DNA of 64,000 nt from Callorhinchus milii (Eukaryota). Below the pieces are notes generated by a model, which was not told where the DNA came from, did not search any database, and saw only the letters and a program-made list of their open reading frames with translations. Shown one piece after another: positions 38,935-51,500 of the stretch (position 1 is its first letter; the number at the start of each line of letters is the position of its first letter). The stretch spans positions 13,516,001-13,580,000 of the forward strand of contig NW_024704759.1 of assembly GCF_018977255.1 (NCBI RefSeq), read 5' to 3'. A program made the position numbers and the translations under genes.

Positions 38935-39601
38935 TTACATTTGTAAAGCGCCTTTCAAATCGGGAAGATGTCACAAGGCACTGGACAGTCAGGGAATTGG
39001 ACCCGAGCTGGGGGTTGGGATCGGGGGAGTGCCCGAAGGTCAGAGAGTATTGAGACTGCCTTGAAGCAGCAAGGGAGAGAGCAAGACGAAGGGACTGCGG
39101 GATGGAGTTCCACCAGAGTAGTATTGAGTTACACCAATCTGTTGTGTCAGAGTGGCAGGACAGGGGTACTCTCCTGTGATCCCCTCTAAACAGTGGATCC
39201 CAATCATGTAAAAGCCTTTTTTTGTAGCAAGAAAAAAGCTTTTTTTGTGGCAAGAAGCAGGGAATAATTAACACTGATCTGCAACACTCTGATGTCCCTT
39301 GAAATGGTTGGGCAAAGAGTAGCAAACAGATTATTATCTTACAGCAATTGAGCAAAGGAAAAGGCGAAATATACATTCCAAAGATAAAGTAAATATAAAG
39401 TGAAACACCTTCTCTAGGTAATATTAATGTCTAACCATTGTAACAAAATAGAAAGTTAAAAATATAGAAAGTTTATCCGTCACAAAATAATCACACAAGT
39501 TCAAACAAAAGTATCTTTTTATTTGTATATTACAGATTTGATGAAGGTCTTCAAGATAAAGGACAAAATGAAGCTAAGCTTTAACCAAATAAAAATATTA
39601 G

Positions 39602-40710
39602 TTATCCAACCATTGACCTCTTTCTCCCCCTCTGCCTGACTTCATCAAGTTTTTTGATCACAGGTCCCGATGTCTTAGAAGATGCTGAGTAGCTCTTCAG
39701 AATGACTTCAAACACACTCTCTGTGTTGGGATGAGTGCTTAGGAAAGCTTTCTCCAAAACATAAAGGTCAACCCCTTTATCCTCTGGCAGAGCAGAGATA
39801 AAACTCAACCCAAAATCTATCATTACCAAGCTCTGCTCATCCTCTGGTTTCTGCAGTAGGATGTTTGAGGTAGTGAGGTCTCCGTGAATGACATTCTGAT
39901 CATGCATTTTTGCCAAGATCTGCCCAATTTTCTCAGCCAAAGGATAGAGGCTCACCGTTTCCTTTTTTTCCTGCCAAGTTGATGTTATATAATCACGGAC
40001 ACTTACAGAGCCAACTAAATCTTCAAGGTAGATAGAGTTTGAATTGTAATCCACAAAATACACCACAGGAGTTGAAATACCTAAAAGTAAAAATGAAAAA
40101 AAGATAACTTCTAAAATTTAAAACAACTATTCAAAATAATAGTCAAAGTGGGATGGGCTTTAGAGAATTTTGTGAGCTTTTCCCTGACTAAAACATTTAA
40201 AAATGAATCTCAGTTCAATTCTTTCTGCCATTCTGCTGTCTTTCATCAGTACAAAACATCCTGAGGTAATTTTAATCGTTCCCTTAATAACAATCCTTAT
40301 ATTTGGCCTTGCAGTGTCAAGGAGGCACAGGGAGCCCTAGTCGCAGAGTGAAAGTGCACGGTTTGTGGCTTGGATGAGAGCTTCTCAGTATTGTGAGTAG
40401 GATAGGGACCAGACTGAATGTAATTCGAGCAACTACTGAATTGCTACAGACACTTACCAGCTTTCCTGCACCTAAGTATTGATCGTACTTCCTGAGCTGT
40501 CCTGCGATGTGTAAGTTTCTTGTCTAAAGCAGGGTGTCGGTAAGATTTTGAGAATCTTGCCTTCACAATGGTGGGCCTCCCCAGGAAAGTGACTCTGTAG
40601 ATTTTGGCTTCTGCTCCCTGTTTGATGATCTGAAAACCTTGAAGGAAATCTTGGACTGAAGGTTTCCCAAATCCGTCCAGCTCATCTTCCTGCTGCAGAG
40701 CTTCGGCCAT
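39602..40710 (-). CDS. TP53RK: TP53-regulating kinase (PRPK/Bud32, KEOPS complex), 2 coding exons, 243 aa
   Basis: Exons 40458-40710 and 39602-40080. Motifs [47 protein letters not shown] and C-terminal RGRKRSMVG. An acceptor at 40731 implies an upstream non-coding exon. AATAAA on - strand at 39518-39523. Confidence 0.96.
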
Positions 40711-41249
40711 TGTAGCTTAGGAAAGGTGTGACTGAAAATAACCGAAAGGGAGAACTGTAACCCAAATAGAATACTGAATTACAACAACAACTTGCATTTA
40801 TATAGGGTCCTTCACGGAGCATAACATCTCAGGAGTGATTGACGGAGACGGGGCTGGATGCCGAACAAGTGAAAATCAGTCTTAACAAAGATGCCACACA
40901 AGACAGGAAGGATTGGGCAAATCCCATTTCATGCAATACAATTTACAATTATTTAGCAGCTTTCAAGACAGGAACCAGGTCTCAAAGCGCTTCTTCACGC
41001 AGCCCAAGCCGGGGTGACGGCGGTGGTGAGGGTTGAGGAAGAAGCATAAGATCGTACAGCACAGAAGGAGGCCATTCGGCCCATCGTGTCCGTGCCGGCA
41101 CTTTGGAAAGAGCTTTTCCAAATCAATCCTACTCTCTCCTCCCCCCCCCCCCCCCCCATAGCCCTGCAAACCTGTCCTCCCCTCAGTATCGAGCCAGGTG
41201 GGGGAGATGACACAAAATTGCAGTCAAAAAGGTGCTTTCAGACTGCTTT

Positions 41250-41570
41250 GGAACTCACAGAGTAAACCTCCTCAACAGAGAGGGAGAGACAGTCCTTCCC
41301 CGAAGGCCGCCATCTTGGATCTGGCACCGCATTTGCGCATGCTCGTTAATCGAGGCGGGGGGGGGGGAGAGGGCGTCCGCGCGCGCATGCGCGCCTCACC
41401 TCGCCTCGCCTCCACTCGGGTCAACCAACTCCATCGCCAGCGTCGGAGGAACGCCTGGGCCGCCTGAGAGTGGTCCTCCACGATCCCGGCACACCCCGCG
41501 CGCCGCAGTGAAGCCGACCCGGGCGCCGCCATGATTCGCACTCGCTCTCCCGCCCGCCCTCATGATGGCA
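41250..41570 (-). promoter_or_regulatory. TP53RK CpG-island promoter / non-coding first exon(s)
   Basis: YY1 AAGATGGCGGCC (- strand, 41305-41316), NRF1 palindrome GCGCATGCGC at 41383-41392, candidate donors GTGAGT (41257-58) and GTGAGG (41398-99). Confidence 0.65.
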
Positions 41571-41724
41571 GGTTTTGGGAGGTTTTTGTTGAGCTTTTGG
41601 GCGTAAACTCCTCGGGTGACTCATTTTTAAAAAAAAAACATAATAATATTGGGACTGTCTGTGGTCTGAGCTGTCCTTTCTCCCTCATATCCGCGCCACA
41701 ACTGGGACCGCCTTCCATCACCTC

Positions 41725-42375
41725 CGGAACATGGCCGGACTACGGCACTACCTCACCCCTCACGCGGCTGAAACTCTGGTCCACACCTTTATCACCTCAA
41801 GGCCGGACTATGGGAACTCTCTCCTCGTCGGCCTTCCCGGCCCTCCCTCCACACTGCAGGTCATCCAGAACTCTGCAGCTCGTGTACTGTCCCGCACCAG
41901 TGACCACATCACTCCCACCCTCACCCTCGCTCCCCTCCACTGGCTCCCCATCCCCCAGAGGATCGAATTCAAGATCCTCATCCTCACCTACAAGGCCATT
42001 CATGGCCTCGCTCCCTCCTACCTCTCTGACCTACTATCCCCTACCTACCTGCCCGTACCCTCCGTTCCTCCGGCTCCGGTCTGCTCCACGTCCCCCGCCC
42101 CAACCGCCCTACCATCGGTGGCCTTCAGCCTCTCAGCCCCGAGGCTCTGGAACTCCATCCCCAGTGCCTTCGCCGCTTCCTCCCTTTCCTCCTTCAAGGC
42201 CGGTCTCAAGACCTTTCTCTTTGACCGTGCCTTCAGCTCCCCTCTCGACTCTCTACCCCTCCTCGCTCCCTCCCCTCCCCCTGACCATTTCCCCCCAATG
42301 CTCGGGTCCTGACCCAACTGTCCAGTGCCTTGGGACGTCCTCCCGACATGAAAGGCGCTCTATAAATGGAATCTT
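41725..42375 (+). mobile_element. L2 LINE 3' end
   Basis: ORF 41731-42312: [79 protein letters not shown], plus L2 tail. A second short L2 tail follows at ~42430-42700. Confidence 0.92.
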
Positions 42376-43731
42376 CTTCTTGTTTGATCCCCCCCCCCCC
42401 CATTTTGCTAGTCAGTTTTTATTGGAAGGTGAAGCTCTCCGGCCTGCCTCACGCACCCCACCCCCACCCCGCCTCGCTCCCCTCACTATCAGCGGGCCTT
42501 CCGCCGCTCTGTCTCTGGAACTCCATCCTGCACTCCCTCCGTCCCACCCACCTCAAGACCCTCTGCTTCGACCGTGCTTTCGATCTCCCTGCTCTGACCC
42601 CCCCCCTGACTCCCAGCTCGGGTCCGTAACTGTCTGTCCAGCGCCTTGGGACGTCCTCCCGACGTGAAAAGCCCTTTACACATGTAACTTTGTAGTTGTT
42701 GTAGTCAGGAGTGCTCAATTTATTGGCATTCCTGTTCCCTAAATCAGAAGAGACTTTGAGCTTACAGGCTAGGCCAGTAATCCAGTGCATTGCTAGGGAG
42801 AGTGCTGCGTTGTCAGAGGTCACACGGTTGAGCAGAAGGCTCTTCAGCCCATCTGATCTCATCCTTGGAAAAACACCCTCCTCTTTCTCTTTCTTCATGC
42901 CAGTATCAAATGAATCCAGTGTCCTGGACTCAGCTGCCATTACTGGAAACCTGTTAATTACCCACTAAATGAACAAAAACTTCCTAGTACCTGCACTGGA
43001 TTGGGTGAGAAAATGGGAGTCTAATGGACTTGAAAAATTAAGTTTTATTTGAAAGTGAAAGTCAGTGCTAAGGAAAAGAGGGAATGGGAATAATGGTTTG
43101 CATTTCATCCAAGAATTCTTGCTTTGAAAGGGAAAAAAGTCTTGAGAGAATGGAGCAAAATTGGTCCAGGACAGTTACGATACAGATTGAGACAAGCTGT
43201 AAATGCAGATTAGAGTGAAAACACTGTTTATTTATGAAGTAAATTAGAATAGGATGAAGTACAATATAGTTTCTATAAAGCACAATTTAGGTTTAGCTAA
43301 AAATAATAAAAAGTACTTTGTCCTGGAAACATGTTTTGCCTTTGATTGAGAGCCTGTACGAGAATTGAGGGGGTAATTTTGCCAGTGGTTAGTTAAATTC
43401 CTGTTACAGATTATATAATAATCCTTATATTTGATAAAAACCCTGATTACATTGTCTAAACATGTCAATTATGGAACACTCCCATAGAACTGAATTGAGT
43501 GTCAGCCTAGAGTTATGGGTCTTGAACCCACAACCTTCTGACCCAGAGGGGAGAGTGTTTGGTGGATACTAGCTGCAGTGTTCACCCACAAAACTCATAG
43601 TCACTACACTTTGCAATATATTCCTGTGAAGCATTTTGAATCATGTACCCTACATGAAGGGCGCTCTATCAAATGTAAGAATTATTATTATCGTTATTTG
43701 AAATGATTCACCAGTGGGAAGTTTATATACT

Positions 43732-46700
43732 TCACTCTTTTTCTAAGGTTACACAGTGCATTGACTCGACACTGTGAAAGTGTTGTTTTTCTGAATTTGT
43801 TTTGATCTTCTGATAGAGGTAATTGATCCTTTCTTCTTCCCGTTGTTCAAAGAAAGTTGAGGAAATTTTTCTTTGTGCTCTTAATGCATAGGTCTCTATA
43901 AACACTGTTATATAAGCAACAAAGTACAGAAGAGAGATGATGTAGACTATATTGATGTTTGGGGGGGATGTTGGCAACATACAGATATCGGACACAAAGG
44001 TGAAATTCTGATGGAATTCGTTTTGTCTTCTAATTATCTCTTCATTTGGAAGGAATGGAAAAATTTTAGACCAGAAATGCGACGCATCCACCTGGAAAAG
44101 ATTAAATAATATTTAAGCTTGTTTCAGAAAACCGTATCTAAATGTGAAGATATTTAAAAATTCTGAAAATACTACAAAGGGGGGTTGTTTGTAGGAGTAA
44201 GCTTTTCATCTTAAATTTCTAAAAATGGAATATTACATTCAAACATTGTTTATAAAGATGTTTGCAGTTAAAACTAAAAATAATAATAAATTGGTCATTT
44301 CAATCCACGACTGTTTGTGGGACGCTGCTGTGCGCAATTGGCTGCCGCGTTTCGCCCATAAATATACAGTCAATTCATTTTAGTCTATTCTGTGAAGCGC
44401 TTTGAGGCGTCGAGAAGATGTGAAAAGCGCTATATCAAATGCGAGGATTATTATTAAAACATAGGTGATAACTCCAAATGTTTAAGGTAAATGGAGGCTT
44501 TAATAACTCCCTGTAATCATGAATGTCCACTCAGCAGATTATATGTTTCAGTTGTCATAATAGTATGTTGTGGTCAGTCTGTCTGCCCAGAATATAAAAA
44601 CTCCAAGTTTATTCTTTCTTTACATAAAATTGAATTGATAAAATTGAAGGGCAGGACAACACATGATGGTCTCATGCATTCTTTTTCCCTACGAAAAATT
44701 TAAAAGCACAAGAGGTGGCAAGGACTGGAACAAGTTATCCATCCTCAGTCTGGCTTTGGTAGGGAGGTGATGGGGTGGATATCTACAAACAACGCAGGTG
44801 AAACAAAATCATGTTGGGTTTTTTACCTTGTACGAAAACTCCAGAGTGAGAGGAACATTCGGCACCTCATTCATCCAACTCAAGAAATATGAGGCAAGGT
44901 TGAAGAAGACTAAATCTGTTACTATGATAATTATGGACAGCACCATATATGCAGTAATAATCACTATTTTATATGCACATCTAGCAATTTCTTCTGTGGA
45001 CATTTTCAATCCCGTGGATTTGATTAGCTTTTTAGAAGAGATCCTGTGAGGTATGATTCTTTGATTGTTTGTCTCTACCAGGTGTGACAGCTTACTGGTT
45101 ATATATACGTTGTCAAATTGTAAATTGGTCAGATAGTTGTTCAGATACCAGGCTGATCTTATAACAAGATAAAAGCAAATACAGGCAGCAAGGGCTCTGT
45201 TGGTCCACAAAATGATTGCACTGAATACTTTATCATACATAGAAAACTCACTTTGGATCTGTTTGACAAAAGCTTGTATACTTTCCATGATCACTGACTG
45301 ATTGATGTCTGGATTGAATGTGAAGCTTGATTTTGATGACAAAAGCTGACGTTCTGCAGATTTCTTGATCACAGTTTTTACATCGTGGCCCAATACCTCT
45401 ATAGCCGCGTTCAATAATTCGGATGAATTCACAAAGCTCTCGGATGAGGAACGAGTGATGCACTCAAGGACTTTAAGCATCATCTTGATGTTGTCCACAA
45501 TGTTGGGGATTATGTTTACCGCTACGAGCATGAAGCAGGAAGAAAGGAGAAGATGGCGGCCCTGTTTGGTGCCTAGTGTGGGGACCGCCAGAGTGAACAA
45601 GCACCGTACTGGATGGACCAATAACAGAAGCAGGAACGCCACAGCAACAAACACACCCGATATAGCACCAGAAACGTGCGCTTCATATTCCAAAGAAGAA
45701 AACATCCAGTTGTACAGCAGGCCGCCATTTATCATTGCGATACCCAAACATAACGCAAAGAGAGTCAGTAGTTCTCTTAAGCAGGCTGGTGTGGGCTTGC
45801 AGTAAGCATTCCATGAGAATTGTACCACTCTCTTCACTTTCTCAATCAAACAAAGCAGGAAAGTCTGCAAATCGTAGCTTCTGTTCCTGTGTGGGAGGGG
45901 GGGGAGGGGGGAAATAAATAAGATTGCTTGTAGCTCAGATATATCCAAAAGGGACCTGCAGTAAAAATTGTCTTTAAAGCAGTTTCCAGAATGTGACTGG
46001 AGTTGTTTAATTTTTAAAGTTCTTGTTAATTTCTATTAATCCCTAAATATCAACTTGCACAGAATCACACTCCTTACGTGTGTATTTGTTCAAAAATATT
46101 ATTTTAAGTGCGAGAACCATGGAATTAAACTAAAGTTAAAAAGGTTTGCTTGGTACCCAGTCAGCTTTAGAAATATTTGTATTTTAGATCAGTCAAGTGG
46201 GAACTTATCTCCTGTTTTTCATTCACTATGTTTAAAAGTATCTTGCATGAACTTTTAAGAAAACATGATACTAAAGACCAAAATATTGGCAAGCAGTCAG
46301 AGGCATGTATATATAATGTTGGTTGCGACAGCCTTTCCTGAGAGGAACCTCCCAACTGTGCTGATTTAAACAGATTTGATATATTTCCCTTTTTAAAAAT
46401 GTCCATCCCTATATACTCACATTCACCTTAAATGGTGCAACTGGCATAATTTTTTAATCTAGTAACTACCATTACTGCAAAAAATCTGGCTGAAAACAGG
46501 GCTTTTTCACAATCAATAACACATGCTGTATGTAACTTTCTAAAAGGAGATGGTGGATGTTTTCTTAGTTGGATGTATTGTTTTATAATATTGTTATACT
46601 GTAGTAACACAGTATTACTATAGTAAATAGTAATGCATTGGTAGTTATTTAACCTCAGAAGTAGTTACTTATTTTTTATTGTTGTGTTTAAGAAATGAGA

Positions 46701-47208
46701 AATAAACATGTCTGTCTAGTATATTTCTCATCAATGATTACTCCTGTGTCAGATATACTGTACTATAACAGGACACAGAATAAAGCTTCTCCTACTCTTC
46801 CCAAATAAGCCTCAGCACCAGTGTCAGAAAAGTGCTCCCTATTGTATCAGCCAGAATTGTTTATGTTCCACTAATAAAATGTGTGTAAATAAATATGTGA
46901 ACAGATTTTATCTCTACAATGCTTTCAAAATGTTGTTTACAATTCTCACTTGAAAGTATTTGATGTCTGACGAGCCACTAATTCCACCAGATGGTGATTT
47001 AACCAAAGCTCTGGGAAAGTTCTGAAAGTCTGTTTTATAAATGGTGGAAATAAATAATAACAGGTCCCGACTTCTTGGTGTTCAAACTGGGTCACATTTA
47101 CTGTTTGTCTTTAACACAGAATTAATCAAAAAAAAAGGTAAATACTTACTTGCTTGGGTCATAGGCAGGATGACGAGGCAAAGTCTCTTTCATATCCTGT
47201 GTCATCAT
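43732..47208 (-). CDS. OCSTAMP: Osteoclast stimulatory transmembrane protein (DC-STAMP family), 3 exons, ~490 aa
   Basis: Exons 47150-47208 (or start at the in-frame ATG ending 47193), 44827-45886, 43732-44091, all in phase. Motifs WNAYCKPTP, VHPVRCLFTLAVPTLGTKQGR, YLTNLQFDNVYIT, ETYALR..RKISSTFF..EEERINYL. Adjacent to SLC13A3, as in human. Confidence 0.9.
44281..44456 (+). mobile_element. Deu-domain SINE 3' half with L2-type tail (representative of ~30 copies in the window)
   Basis: TGTTTGTGGGACGCTGCTGTGCGCAATTGGCTGCCGCGTTTCGCCC..GTGAAGCGCTTTGAG..GGCGCTATATCAAATGCAAGG(ATT)n. The core resembles AmnSINE1/SacSINE1. Other copies at approx. 2800, 4135, 4410, 6230, 7755, 7855, 12215, 13720, 19170, 21340, 22255, 26480, 27655, 34675, 37015, 37135, 38800, 43575, 53435, 54570, 55395, 57012, 60085, 60715, 61335, 62488. 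Confidence 0.85.
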
Positions 47209-47529
47209 TCTTAGATAATACAAATTATTATCCCTGACACCTTCAGTGTAGCAAATGAATTCAAAAAAAAATTAAGGGTAAAATTATAACCAAAAAGAGA
47301 GTATAACAACAACTTCTCACGATTGAACTTCTCACGACTGAAAGCTAATCGTCACTGTGGGCAGTTACTGTGATCAGACAAACTTCCTCAATATTTAATA
47401 TTTGAGTCATTTTGAACTTCCTATTTTGGAAGTTTGGGAAACTTATTTTTACCATATATGAGCTTAAGTGAAGACCACAAAATATTCCGATCTATCTTGA
47501 CTTAATGTATATTTAAGAAAAGTACTCAA

Positions 47530-47790
47530 CAAGGTGCTCGCCTGGCTCAGCACCCATGCCTCTGAGTCAGGAAGTTGTGAGTTCAAGTTCCATAATCAGG
47601 ATTTGAATTCACAGTCTAGGCTGACACTCCAGTGCAGTACTGGGGGTGTGCTGTAATGTTGGAGGTGCTGTTCTTTGGATGAGACGTTAAACCAAGGTCC
47701 CGATTGCTTGACCAGGTGGATGTTAAAGATCCCATGACATTATTCAAAAAGAGAACACGTTCCTCCTTTCGTGTCCTGGCTAGCAATCCC
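47530..47790 (+). mobile_element. DeuSINE 5' half (tRNA-like head plus Deu domain)
   Basis: TGGCTCAG..GAGTTCAAGTTCC (A/B-box-like), followed by AGGCTGACACTCCAGTGCAGTACTG..GGATGAGACGTTAAACC..AGGTGGATGTTAAAGATCCCATG. A reverse partial copy lies at ~43475-43560. Confidence 0.7.
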
Positions 47791-48504
47791 CCCACCCCCA
47801 GCCATTTGTATCGCATTTCGGAGCAATAAAGTACTATTAATTATGGATTTGTATTTAAGTATGGTCAGTTTCAACTGTCCCCAAGTGCTGGGATCCCGGA
47901 GAAAAGCATTAAGATGGAATTCAACTTCTGCTTCCAAATTTGAAGGGTCAGAAATTGTCTGGCACAACTAACTTTTGCTCTTTTTTATTTCAGATTTGCA
48001 GTATTTTTATTTAACCTCTTTTTGATCACCTCCTCAGCTGAGGTGTATGGTGTATGTCCTGAAGAAATCTAGACAGGGGAAATGGAGAGTAAGTAAAACA
48101 TTCTGTAAAAATAAGTGATCAAGTCGTCAATAATTCCCCCATCCTTCAGGTTTGCTTTCGGTCACTTCTGTTCTCCTTGGGTTTAATGATTTTCCAGTAC
48201 CTTCACTTTTTGGTATTTTAGAGTTTAGATTTCTTACTTTTCCAGGGACCACATGCATTATATGTCTTGCTTTTTTCATGTGGCTGATCAATTGTGGCAA
48301 TGCAAACGGTTTCAAATAAATTATTTCAAAACTGGCCTCAATGTGTTGGCTGGAGATGGATCAATAGGAATAAGAGTTGTGGAAAGGGTAAGTTGCCGTT
48401 TTGCTAAATAAGTCCATGAATCCTTTCATTTTACTAAATGAAGTAGACATTGTTTTCCAAAGGGGCTACAATTACGGTTTTGTGTTATTGTGTGGATTCT
48501 TTGC

Positions 48505-51500
48505 CTAGTCAGGATAAGTTGACAATTGGAATATAGGCTGACCCCATGTGTTGATTGCTAGGAAAAGTAGGATGTTTCCCCAAACATTCAGGACGATCCC
48601 TCCTTTGACCTGGTGAGACAAAAGCAATGTCAGCAACTCTTTGGCTTGTACTGGTTTGGCTAAAAAACGTCATTCACCAAAAATAACTATTGTAAGACAC
48701 TTTGAGACATTTCAAAGCGAGACACTATAAAAATGCTAATTCTTTTGATCAGTTTTTTTTAGTTTTGTAATATCATCTTTGAAAGTATTCTAAAACTTAA
48801 AGGTTAAAATTGATGTAATCACCGCCCCTCCCAAAATAATGTGAAGAGTGTTCAACTGAATGCTTTATGAGGTTAAGTGTGTTAAATCCACAATGATATA
48901 AATTCATACCCCTGTAGTAAAGAATAATTGAATGTCACGTACCATATCTTTGACATGGAGCTGTCTTGAACTAAAGGCAATGGTATTTTCAGGGGTTCCG
49001 CTTGGCAATGTAAAGGCAAAGGAGGAGCTCACTGTTGCAGGCACCATCAGGTAAAGGGGATGTACCTTCATACGTACGGACTAGAGAAAAGAGCACAGAT
49101 TACAGCAGGATTCTGTCTAAATGATTATTGTTGAAATCAAATGACAAGATTTTGAAAATAGAGCCTTCAGTGCACCTTTAGCTCACGCTTAACTCTTGAC
49201 TGAAAAAAACATTTTTTTAAAAATTCCAACCCCTCCTTCTCTTTTGTTTTCCCATTCTCACCAAAAAAAAGGCAATGAATGCTGACTGATGCAAGCATAA
49301 GCACTGCTTGGATATTGTGGATCGAATGCAATTGTAAAGTGAGAGTGGGTCGGAAGCTCACCAGTTTAGCCAAAACGGGCAACAGGACTGCACTTGTGAC
49401 ACTACTGTTGAGAAACTCCGTAACCACAGATACCGTCAAGCTAATAAGCAAGACAGCTGCACTTGCTGAGATCTTTTCCAGCGGTTGAAAGAGATCCCCG
49501 ATCCATACGGACAGCTCTGATTCCTGGCAAGAAAACGCAAAAATACATTCTGTAGGAAATTGTATTAGTTTATTTCTAAAATGGCATAATATGAAAAAGA
49601 ATTATGGACTAAAAACTGAGGGTGAAATTTTCTTTCTCTTTCTCCCCCCTACCACTCCCAATATGATAACGGGGAATAAACAATAATATTATATTATAAA
49701 CAATTTAATCACCAAATCATCTTTGCAGAATATGCTAGAGGTTCTTTTCTAAGTAAACAAGTTCCTTTTTTAAGTAAACAAAAGATTCTGGGAGGCTTTA
49801 TTTTATTTGTTATGTATTAGGTTGCTAGGGAGATGGGTATACATTGACATTTACATTTTCCATTGAAAAAAATGCATGAATGGCAGTTATTCCCATTCAA
49901 GGATTAAGATACCTTTTATCACGCCTCTATTGTCGACCAAACACAGATTTTACAATTATTTTGCCTATCTTATCTCATAGTCTCATAGTTGCTTATTGAT
50001 ACATTATTATACAAAGGGAATTTTATTGTTGTGTATTGACTATCCTACTTTGTTGAATGAATTGACCTTCATATGTTTTTTTTAATGTCACTCAATATTG
50101 CAGTAGTTACATTTTTTTTCGCCTTTGTTGGCTGTTTAAACAAATTTGGCACATCTTTCAATAGTACAGCAATTACCTCGGTTCCTTTTGCTAATGCAAA
50201 ACCTCCTCCTAATAATATTAACACATTCCAGGGAACTTTCTTTTGGACTGTTTTCCAGGATAGCAGTGGCACCACTGGTTCATACTCAATGTTTTTGTCT
50301 GAATAACAAAGCCAAGAGAAAACTTCAGGTATACAACACTTCTCGTGCCTTGTTCATTCAAGTTATTATGCTTTTTCAACAAGAAACAAGTTGATGTTTA
50401 CTTATAGTATCATAGCAGTTAGCAGTAACTGGGAGTTAGAGAACGATAAAATAATCAAAGGTGTTCACATCAGTTTTCTGCTCAAGCTGTTGTGATTTAT
50501 CAATAACATCCTCACTCAAGCGAGACTTGACCTGGTGAGTTGCCTCCAACCATGAACATTTATTGTTAAAGGTTTAAGTGAATAAACTATTAAGTATTGG
50601 AAGAGTGGCTCAAAACAAGTTTATTCAATACGCATATACGCTACCCAATAAAGGACTGTACATACCCGAAGGATCAATTTTCCATTTGTAAGTTGGTTTT
50701 TGTGAGGGAAAGATGAACAATAAAATAATGATCAAAGTAGAAGCTGCGGCATCTGAGACGTACCTGGGAACCAAAAGACAACTAATTTTGCCTTATACTG
50801 TAGTTTCACATAGTTAAGATTTTACAGAAGAAATGCAAGACTTTAATCTTATATTTTCTTGCATGATAAGTTGATCAGTGAGTAATCATCACAGGTGTGC
50901 TGCACTTGGCAATAAATTAAAATGCACATTTTTCTTAAAATAATTGCTTAAATAGTCTAAATTTGCTAGAATATGAAAACGTGGAGAGTGTTTTTTCAAC
51001 ACAAAATGAATGCAGAAAAGTGCCTTGCTTTCGCTCATTGCTTCCTCATGATAATGAGGCTTAGACTGGCAACTTTACTGAAGTGGAGGAAGCTCAGAGA
51101 TTAAACTACTTACTTGGGCTGGAAGATTTTCTCCCACCCCAACATATATTTGGGACTTCTTGTGAAGAGAATAATTACGAACAGAAGGAAAACAAATCCA
51201 ACAGCCTTCTCAGCAAACCTGCAAGACAAGACACAACAATCTGATCCAGTAAGCACTGTATTGAGGTACGGGGTGACAGCAACTAGAACAACAACATGCA
51301 TTTATATAGCGCCCTTCACGTGGGGTAGCGTCTCGGAGAACAGACCAGAAGCAGAAAACAATATACAAAAGATGTGACCCATGACTTAAAATAATAACAA
51401 ATTGGGGTTATATAGTGCCTTTCACATTGGGAGATGCTACAATGGATTCCCACTAGTTTTGAAATGACAGGACTGCCTATTACTTTGAATTAAACAACTC

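Noticed and set aside
39220-39275. Weak resemblance to TP53RK SALPED-coding sequence
   Set aside because: Low identity, and in the wrong order relative to the HGDL remnant.
41531-42667. 378-aa + strand ORF starting at a Kozak-like ATG
   Set aside because: Off-frame read-through of GC-rich L2 sequence, with no recognisable protein.
45887-45948. N-terminal extension of the OCSTAMP ORF (MDISELQAIL...)
   Set aside because: Lies in the polypyrimidine tract before the in-phase acceptor at 45886, so it is intronic.
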